Shown: piece by piece, positions 57,363 to 64,000 of the stretch
How the letters are laid out: every line of letters starts with the position of its first letter
How positions within the stretch are numbered: position 1 is the stretch's first letter
Notes under the pieces: generated by a model
Database searches by the model: none
What the model saw: the letters and a program-made list of their open reading frames with translations, nothing else
Told to the model about the DNA's origin: nothing
Position numbers and translations under genes: made by a program
From: Escherichia coli
GTDB lineage: Bacteria > Pseudomonadota > Gammaproteobacteria > Enterobacterales > Enterobacteriaceae
Strand: one strand, 5' to 3'
Assembly: GCF_030013205.1 (NCBI RefSeq)
Contig: NZ_CP122648.1
DNA: 64,000 nt

Positions 57363-59408
57363 ATGCAGCAGTTAGCCAGTTTCTTATCCGGTACCTGGCA
57401 GTCTGGCCGGGGCCGTAGCCGTTTGATTCACCACGCTATTAGCGGCGAGGCGTTATGGGAAGTGACCAGTGAAGGTCTTGATATGGCGGCTGCCCGCCAG
57501 TTTTCCATTGAAAAAGGTGCCCCCGCCCTCCGCGCGATGACCTTTATCGAACGTGCGGCGATGCTTAAAGCGGTCGCTAAACATCTGCTGAGTGAAAAAG
57601 AGCGTTTCTATGCTCTTTCTGCACAAACAGGCGCAACGCGGGCAGATAGTTGGGTTGATATTGAAGGCGGTATTGGGACGTTATTTACTTACGCCAGCCT
57701 CGGTGGCCGGGAGCTGCCTGACGATACGCTGTGGCCGGAAGATGAATTGATCCCCTTATCGAAAGAAGGTGGATTTGCCGCGCGCCATGTACTGACCTCG
57801 AAGTCAGGTGTGGCGGTGCATATTAACGCCTTTAACTTCCCCTGCTGGGGAATGCTGGAAAAGCTGGCACCAACGTGGCTGGGCGGAATGCCAGCCATCA
57901 TAAAACCAGCTACCGCGACGGCCCAACTGACTCAGGCGATGGTGAAATCAATTGTCGATAGTGGTCTTGTTCCCGAAGGCGCAATTGGTCTGATCTGCGG
58001 TAGTGCGGGCGACCTTTTGGATCATCTGGACAGCCAGGATGTGGTGACTTTCACGGGGTCCGCGACGACCGGACAGATGCTGCGAGTTCAGCCAAATATC
58101 GTTGCCAAATCTATCCCCTTCACTATGGAAGCTGATTCCCTGAACTGCTGCGTACTGGGCGAAGATGTCACCCCGGATCAACCGGAGTTTGCGCTGTTTA
58201 TTCGTGAAGTTGTGCGTGAGATGACCACAAAAGCCGGGCAAAAATGTACGGCAATCCGGCGGATTATTGTGCCGCAAGTATTGGTTAATGCTGTCAGTGA
58301 CGCTCTGGTTGCGCGATTACAGAAAGTCGTGGTCGGTGATCCTGCGCAGGAAGGCGTGAAAATGGGCGCACTGGTAAATGCTGAGCAGCGTGCCGATGTG
58401 CAGGAAAAAGTGAACACATTGCTGGCTGCAGGATGCGAGATTCGCCTCGGTGGTCAGGCGGATTTATCTGCTGCGGGTGCCTTCTTCCCGCCAACCTTAT
58501 TGTACTGTCCGCAGCCGGATGAAACACCGGCGGTACATGCAACAGAAGCCTTTGGCCCTGTCGCAACGCTAATGCCAGCACAAAACCAGCAACATGCTCT
58601 GCAACTGGCTTGTGCAGGCGGCGGTAGCCTTGCGGGAACGCTGGTGACGGCTGATCCGCAAATTGCGCGTCAGTTTATTGCCGACGCGGCACGTACGCAT
58701 GGGCGAATTCAGATCCTCAATGAAGAATCGGCAAAAGAATCCACCGGGCATGGCTCCCCACTGCCACAACTGGTACATGGTGGGCCTGGTCGCGCAGGAG
58801 GCGGTGAAGAATTAGGTGGTTTACGGGCGGTGAAACATTACATGCAGCGAACCGCTGTTCAGGGTAGTCCGACGATGCTTGCCGCTATCAGTAAACAGTG
58901 GGTGCGTGGTGCGAAAGTCGAAGAAGATCGTATTCATCCGTTCCGCAAATATTTTGAGGAGCTGCAACCAGGCGACAGCCTGTTGACTCCCCGCCGCACA
59001 ATGACAGAGGCCGATATTGTGAACTTTGCTTGCCTCAGCGGCGATCATTTCTATGCACATATGGATAAGATTGCTGCTGCCGAATCTATTTTTGGTGAGC
59101 GTGTAGTACATGGGTATTTTGTGCTTTCTGCGGCTGCGGGTCTGTTTGTCGATGCCGGAGTTGGTCCGGTCATTGCTAACTACGGGCTGGAAAACTTGCG
59201 TTTTATCGAACCCGTAAAACCAGGCGATACCATCCAGGTGCGTCTCACCTGTAAGCGCAAGACGCTGAAAAAACAGCGTAGCGCAGAAGAAAAACCAACA
59301 GGTGTAGTGGAATGGTCGGTAGAGGTATTCAATCAGCATCAAACCCCGGTGGCGCTGTATTCAATTCTGACGCTGGTGGCCAGGCAGCACGGTGATTTTG
59401 TCGATTAA
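57363..59408 (+). CDS. paaZ: Bifunctional oxepin-CoA hydrolase / 3-oxo-5,6-dehydrosuberyl-CoA semialdehyde dehydrogenase
   Basis: 681 aa; N-terminal aldehyde dehydrogenase domain and C-terminal MaoC-like hotdog hydratase domain. Confidence 0.9.
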   Translation: MQQLASFLSGTWQSGRGRSRLIHHAISGEALWEVTSEGLDMAAARQFSIEKGAPALRAMTFIERAAMLKAVAKHLLSEKERFYALSAQTGATRADSWVDIEGGIGTLFTYASLGGRELPDDTLWPEDELIPLSKEGGFAARHVLTSKSGVAVHINAFNFPCWGMLEKLAPTWLGGMPAIIKPATATAQLTQAMVKSIVDSGLVPEGAIGLICGSAGDLLDHLDSQDVVTFTGSATTGQMLRVQPNIVAKSIPFTMEADSLNCCVLGEDVTPDQPEFALFIREVVREMTTKAGQKCTAIRRIIVPQVLVNAVSDALVARLQKVVVGDPAQEGVKMGALVNAEQRADVQEKVNTLLAAGCEIRLGGQADLSAAGAFFPPTLLYCPQPDETPAVHATEAFGPVATLMPAQNQQHALQLACAGGGSLAGTLVTADPQIARQFIADAARTHGRIQILNEESAKESTGHGSPLPQLVHGGPGRAGGGEELGGLRAVKHYMQRTAVQGSPTMLAAISKQWVRGAKVEEDRIHPFRKYFEELQPGDSLLTPRRTMTEADIVNFACLSGDHFYAHMDKIAAAESIFGERVVHGYFVLSAAAGLFVDAGVGPVIANYGLENLRFIEPVKPGDTIQVRLTCKRKTLKKQRSAEEKPTGVVEWSVEVFNQHQTPVALYSILTLVARQHGDFVD

Positions 59409-59655
59409 TCGGTGAATGAAGGGCAACGGCGAATAGTTGCCCTTTTATTTCACCAAATTTTGTGACGTTGTCACGTTATGCATGATGTGTATCTGTATTT
59501 TCAGGGCACTCACTGTATGAAAAGCTGGCACACCTGCCAAACAACCTGGCAGGTGCAGGCAATCCCCTTTACATCAGTACTGATAATGTGAACCTGACTA
59601 AACCGCCCACAGAGCGCGGTTGCTAACAAGAACACAACATCTGACGAGGTTAATA

Positions 59656-61929
59656 ATGGGAAGCCCCTCTCTGTATTCTGCCCGTAAAACAGCCCTGGCG
59701 TTGGCAGTCGCCTTAAGTTTCGCCTGGCAAGCGCCGGTATTTGCCCACGGTGGTGAAGCGCATATGGTGCCAATGGATAAAACGCTTAAAGAATTTGGTG
59801 CCGATGTGCAGTGGGACGACTACGCCCAGATCTTTACCCTGATTAAAGATGGCGCGTACGTGAAAGTGAAGCCTGGTGCGCAAACAGCAATTGTTAATGG
59901 TCAGCCTCTGGCACTGCAAGTCCCGGTAGTGATGAAAGACAATAAAGCCTGGGTTTCTGACACCTTTATTAACGATGTTTTCCAGTCCGGGCTGGATCAA
60001 ACCTTTCAGGTAGAAAAGCGCCCTCACCCACTTAATGCGCTAACTGCGGACGAAATTAAACAGGCCGTTGAAATTGTTAAAGCTTCCGCGGACTTCAAAC
60101 CCAATACCCGTTTTACTGAGATCTCCCTGCTACCGCCAGATAAAGAGGCTGTCTGGGCGTTTGCGCTGGAAAACAAACCGGTTGACCAGCCGCGCAAAGC
60201 CGACGTCATTATGCTCGACGGCAAACATATCATCGAAGCGGTAGTGGATCTGCAAAACAACAAATTGCTCTCCTGGCAACCCATTAAAGACGCCCACGGA
60301 ATGGTGTTGCTGGATGATTTCGCCAGTGTGCAGAACATTATTAACAACAGTGAAGAATTTGCCGCTGCCGTGAAGAAGCGCGGTATTACTGATACGAAGA
60401 AAGTGATTACCACGCCGCTGACCGTAGGTTATTTCGATGGTAAAGATGGCCTGAAACAAGATGCCCGGTTGCTCAAAGTCATCAGCTATCTTGATGTCGG
60501 TGATGGCAACTACTGGGCACATCCCATCGAAAACCTGGTGGCGGTCGTTGATTTAGAACAGAAAAAAATCGTTAAGATTGAAGAAGGTCCGGTAGTTCCG
60601 GTGCCAATGACCGCACGCCCATTTGATGGCCGTGACCGTGTTGCTCCGGCAGTTAAGCCTATGCAAATCATCGAGCCTGAAGGTAAAAATTACACCATTA
60701 CTGGCGATATGATTCACTGGCGTAACTGGGATTTTCACCTCAGCATGAACTCTCGCGTCGGGCCGATGATCTCCACCGTGACTTATAACGACAATGGCAC
60801 CAAACGCAAAGTCATGTACGAAGGTTCTCTCGGCGGCATGATTGTGCCTTACGGTGATCCTGATATTGGCTGGTACTTTAAAGCGTATCTGGACTCTGGT
60901 GACTACGGTATGGGCACGCTAACCTCACCAATTGCTCGTGGTAAAGATGCACCGTCTAACGCAGTGCTCCTTAATGAAACCATCGCCGACTACACTGGCG
61001 TGCCGATTGAGATCCCTCGCGCTATCGCGGTATTTGAACGTTATGCCGGGCCGGAGTATAAGCATCAGGAAATGGGCCAGCCCAACGTCAGTACCGAACG
61101 CCGGGAGTTAGTGGTGCGCTGGATCAGTACAGTGGGTAACTATGACTACATTTTTGACTGGATCTTCCATGAAAACGGCACTATTGGCATTGATGCCGGT
61201 GCTACGGGCATCGAAGCGGTGAAAGGTGTTAAAGCGAAAACCATGCACGATGAGACGGCGAAAGATGACACGCGCTACGGCACGCTTATCGATCACAATA
61301 TCGTGGGTACTACACACCAGCATATTTATAATTTCCGCCTCGATCTGGATGTAGATGGCGAGAATAACAGCCTGGTGGCGATGGACCCGGTGGTAAAACC
61401 GAATACTGCCGGTGGCCCACGCACCAGTACCATGCAAGTTAATCAGTACAACATCGGCAATGAACAGGATGCCGCGCAGAAGTTTGATCCGGGCACGATT
61501 CGTCTGTTGAGTAACCTGAACAAAGAGAATCGCATGGGCAATCCGGTTTCCTATCAAATTATTCCTTATGCAGGTGGTACTCACCCGGTAGCAAAAGGTG
61601 CCCAGTTCGCGCCGGACGAGTGGATCTATCATCGTTTAAGCTTTATGGACAAGCAGCTCTGGGTAACGCGTTATCATCCTGGCGAGCGTTTCCCGGAAGG
61701 CAAATATCCGAACCGTTCTACTCATGACACCGGTCTTGGACAATACAGTAAAGATAACGAGTCGCTGGACAACACCGACGCCGTTGTCTGGATGACCACT
61801 GGCACCACACATGTGGCCCGTGCCGAAGAGTGGCCGATTATGCCGACCGAATGGGTACATACCCTGCTGAAACCATGGAACTTCTTTGACGAAACGCCAA
61901 CGCTTGGGGCGATAAAGAAAGATAAGTGA
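59656..61929 (+). CDS. tynA: Periplasmic copper/topaquinone primary amine oxidase
   Basis: 757 aa from internal Met (MGSPSLYSARK...); signal peptide; TPQ consensus region (NYDY) and Cu-binding His. Confidence 0.9.
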   Translation: MGSPSLYSARKTALALAVALSFAWQAPVFAHGGEAHMVPMDKTLKEFGADVQWDDYAQIFTLIKDGAYVKVKPGAQTAIVNGQPLALQVPVVMKDNKAWVSDTFINDVFQSGLDQTFQVEKRPHPLNALTADEIKQAVEIVKASADFKPNTRFTEISLLPPDKEAVWAFALENKPVDQPRKADVIMLDGKHIIEAVVDLQNNKLLSWQPIKDAHGMVLLDDFASVQNIINNSEEFAAAVKKRGITDTKKVITTPLTVGYFDGKDGLKQDARLLKVISYLDVGDGNYWAHPIENLVAVVDLEQKKIVKIEEGPVVPVPMTARPFDGRDRVAPAVKPMQIIEPEGKNYTITGDMIHWRNWDFHLSMNSRVGPMISTVTYNDNGTKRKVMYEGSLGGMIVPYGDPDIGWYFKAYLDSGDYGMGTLTSPIARGKDAPSNAVLLNETIADYTGVPIEIPRAIAVFERYAGPEYKHQEMGQPNVSTERRELVVRWISTVGNYDYIFDWIFHENGTIGIDAGATGIEAVKGVKAKTMHDETAKDDTRYGTLIDHNIVGTTHQHIYNFRLDLDVDGENNSLVAMDPVVKPNTAGGPRTSTMQVNQYNIGNEQDAAQKFDPGTIRLLSNLNKENRMGNPVSYQIIPYAGGTHPVAKGAQFAPDEWIYHRLSFMDKQLWVTRYHPGERFPEGKYPNRSTHDTGLGQYSKDNESLDNTDAVVWMTTGTTHVARAEEWPIMPTEWVHTLLKPWNFFDETPTLGAIKKDK

Positions 61930-61941
61930 TTGTTTCAGACT

Positions 61942-61970
61942 AAAAAAACGGCACCAGGTGCCGTTTTTTA
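61942..61970. terminator. Bidirectional terminator between convergent tynA and feaB
   Basis: aaaaaaacggcacc-aggtgccgtttttta perfect hairpin flanked by A and T runs. Confidence 0.7.
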
Positions 61971-61987
61971 CTTATGAGCGAACCAGA

Positions 61988-63487
61988 TTAATACCGTACA
62001 CACACCGACTTAGTTTCACACCAACCGTCCAGCCAATCCGGGCCAAAATCACGGCCTGTTCCTGACTGCTTCATCCCACCAAACGGTAAGTTAGCGTCAA
62101 TTAAGGTATGGCTGTTTACCCACACCGTACCTGCCTGTAAGCGATCGCTATATTCCAGAGCCTGGGAGAGATTTTGCGTCCAGACGCTGGCAGTTAAGCC
62201 ATATTCCGTGTCGTTTGCCAGTTGTAACGCCTCTTCTCCATCCGCTACTCGCACCAGGTTAACCACCGGACCAAACACCTCTTCACGAGTTAAGCGCAAT
62301 TTAGCATCGGGATTAACCACCAGCGTTGGCGCAACATAATATCCCTCTCCGGCAGGTCCACTCGACCCGCGAATCAGTTCTGCTTGCTGTGCCTGCGCAT
62401 CGTCGAGGAATGAACGCACTTTGTCGCAATGCGCACGAGAAACCAAAGGGTTAATCTGTGCAACAGGTGACATCCCCGGTCCCACTTGCAACGATTTTAC
62501 CGCCTGCTCAAATCCACTAACCAGCGTGTCAAACAACGGCGCTTCAATATAAATTCGCGAACTGGCGGCGCATACTTGCCCCTGATTCAGGAAACTTCCG
62601 GTCATCAAACCTTCAATAACCCATTGCGGATCAGCATCTTTTAATACAATTGCCGGGTTTTTACCGCCCAGCTCCAGCGTTACACGCGTTAAGCGATCAG
62701 CCGCAGTTCTGGCGATACCTTTGCCCGTCGCGGTTGAACCGGTAAAACTAATTTTCGCGACATGAGGATGTGACGTCAGGGCCGCGCCGCATACAGCACC
62801 TGACCCGGTGACCACATTAAAAACGCCATCAGGGATACCAGCCTCGCTGGCCAGTTCCGCCACGCGCAACATCGTCAGTGGCGTGGTTTCCGAAGGCTTA
62901 ATCACGATTGAACAGCCTGCTGCCAGTGCTGGCATCACCTTCCACATACCAATCATCAACGGAAAGTTCCATGGCACAATTCCCGCCACTACGCCAACCG
63001 GCTCTTTACGCGTCCAGGCCTGATAACGCGCCCCCTGGGGTAAGGGAATCGACAAGTCCAGCGTTTTACCCGCGATTTTGGTCGTTAACCCGGCGGTATA
63101 ACGCATCCAGTTCAGCGTACAGCCCACTTCAAAAGCACGGGAAATGGCAATTGACTTGCCTTGCTCCAGGGTTTCCAGTTGCGCCAGCTCCTCACTGTGC
63201 TGCTCCACCAGATCAGCAAAACGTAGCAGAATACGTTCACGCTCTGCGGGTAATCGCCCGGCCCAGCGACGCGAGACAAAGGCCCGCCAGGCAGACATGA
63301 CTGCGTTATCTACATCCGCTTCGTTGGCATCAGCAGTAGACGCAATTTCTTGCCCGGTGGCCGGATCAAAGATCGCCAACCGTTTTTCACTTTGTGCGGG
63401 GCCAGGACGACCATCAATATAAAGACCGTGTTGACGATCGAGAAACTGTTGGACCTGGCTTAATACTGCTACATGCGGCTCTGTCAT
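61988..63487 (-). CDS. feaB: Phenylacetaldehyde dehydrogenase
   Basis: 499 aa aldehyde dehydrogenase ([15 protein letters not shown]). Confidence 0.9.
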   Translation of the reverse strand: MTEPHVAVLSQVQQFLDRQHGLYIDGRPGPAQSEKRLAIFDPATGQEIASTADANEADVDNAVMSAWRAFVSRRWAGRLPAERERILLRFADLVEQHSEELAQLETLEQGKSIAISRAFEVGCTLNWMRYTAGLTTKIAGKTLDLSIPLPQGARYQAWTRKEPVGVVAGIVPWNFPLMIGMWKVMPALAAGCSIVIKPSETTPLTMLRVAELASEAGIPDGVFNVVTGSGAVCGAALTSHPHVAKISFTGSTATGKGIARTAADRLTRVTLELGGKNPAIVLKDADPQWVIEGLMTGSFLNQGQVCAASSRIYIEAPLFDTLVSGFEQAVKSLQVGPGMSPVAQINPLVSRAHCDKVRSFLDDAQAQQAELIRGSSGPAGEGYYVAPTLVVNPDAKLRLTREEVFGPVVNLVRVADGEEALQLANDTEYGLTASVWTQNLSQALEYSDRLQAGTVWVNSHTLIDANLPFGGMKQSGTGRDFGPDWLDGWCETKSVCVRY

Positions 63488-63722
63488 CACTTTTCCTTAT
63501 CATTTACCCAGTGTGATTTCAGTGTACGCAGCGACAAGAAAAGTCACTTTTTTCGCTGTGACATTCGCTTTGTCAGCTGTGACAAGCTCCGCAAATCGTG
63601 ACAATAACCGCTTATGTCTCTATGCCTGACAAGACTTATTTCCTATAGTCAGGCTCATTAGCTTCGATTATCGCAACACAAATGCAACAATAAAAATACA
63701 TTTCACAGAGCGAAAACGTGCC

Positions 63723-64000
63723 ATGAACCCCGCAGTGGATAATGAGTTTCAGCAATGGCTTTCCCAAATCAATCAGGTATGCGGAAATTTTACCGGGCGC
63801 CTGCTGACTGAGCGTTACACGGGTGTACTGGATACGCATTTTGCCAAAGGACTAAAGCTGAGTACCGTGACAACCAACGGGGTGAATTTATCCCGCACCT
63901 GGCAGGAAGTAAAAGGCAGCGACGATGCCTGGTTTTACACCGTTTTTCAGCTTAGTGGTCAGGCAATAATGGAGCAGGATGAGCGTCAGGTGCAGATTGG
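63723..64000 (+). CDS. feaR: AraC-family activator of tynA/feaB (5' part; 3' end lies outside the window)
   Basis: ATG at 63723 (MNPAVDNEFQQWLSQINQVCGNF...), frame open to the window end; divergent from feaB. Confidence 0.8.
   Translation, partial: MNPAVDNEFQQWLSQINQVCGNFTGRLLTERYTGVLDTHFAKGLKLSTVTTNGVNLSRTWQEVKGSDDAWFYTVFQLSGQAIMEQDERQVQI

Overview
The window reads as a contiguous Escherichia coli-type chromosomal segment, in reverse orientation to K-12 numbering, running from the 3' part of yncD to the start of feaR. I found no convincing previously undescribed system; nearly all coding capacity is explained by recognisable E. coli genes, identified here from the translated ORFs and from memory of the K-12 gene order, with no database search run. 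Content in order: mcbR-curA, mnaT-ydcZ, ydcY/ortT/yncL, patD with the ydcSTU ABC transporter, ydcR, the hicAB toxin-antitoxin pair, yncJ, ydcP(rlhA), ydcN/ydcO, ydcL, tehAB, ydcK, rimL, ydcH, opgD, ydcJ, ydcI, trg, the hokB/mokB/sokB–ydcA–rydC small-gene cluster, cybB, gapC, aldA, ydcF, hrpA, azoR, ynbABCD, ydbD, ydbC, the full phenylacetate cluster paaXY/paaABCDEFGHIJK/paaZ, and tynA–feaB–feaR. I saw no rRNA, tRNA, CRISPR array, IS element or prophage. The points most worth a second look are three apparent gene lesions: ydcV is reduced to a roughly 90 bp 3' remnant, ydcO is frameshifted in a T-run, and ynbD is split across two frames. The window also differs from my recollection of K-12 MG1655 in having an intact gapC and no IS or ydbA material at two loci, so it is probably not K-12; the lesions could equally be assembly errors.
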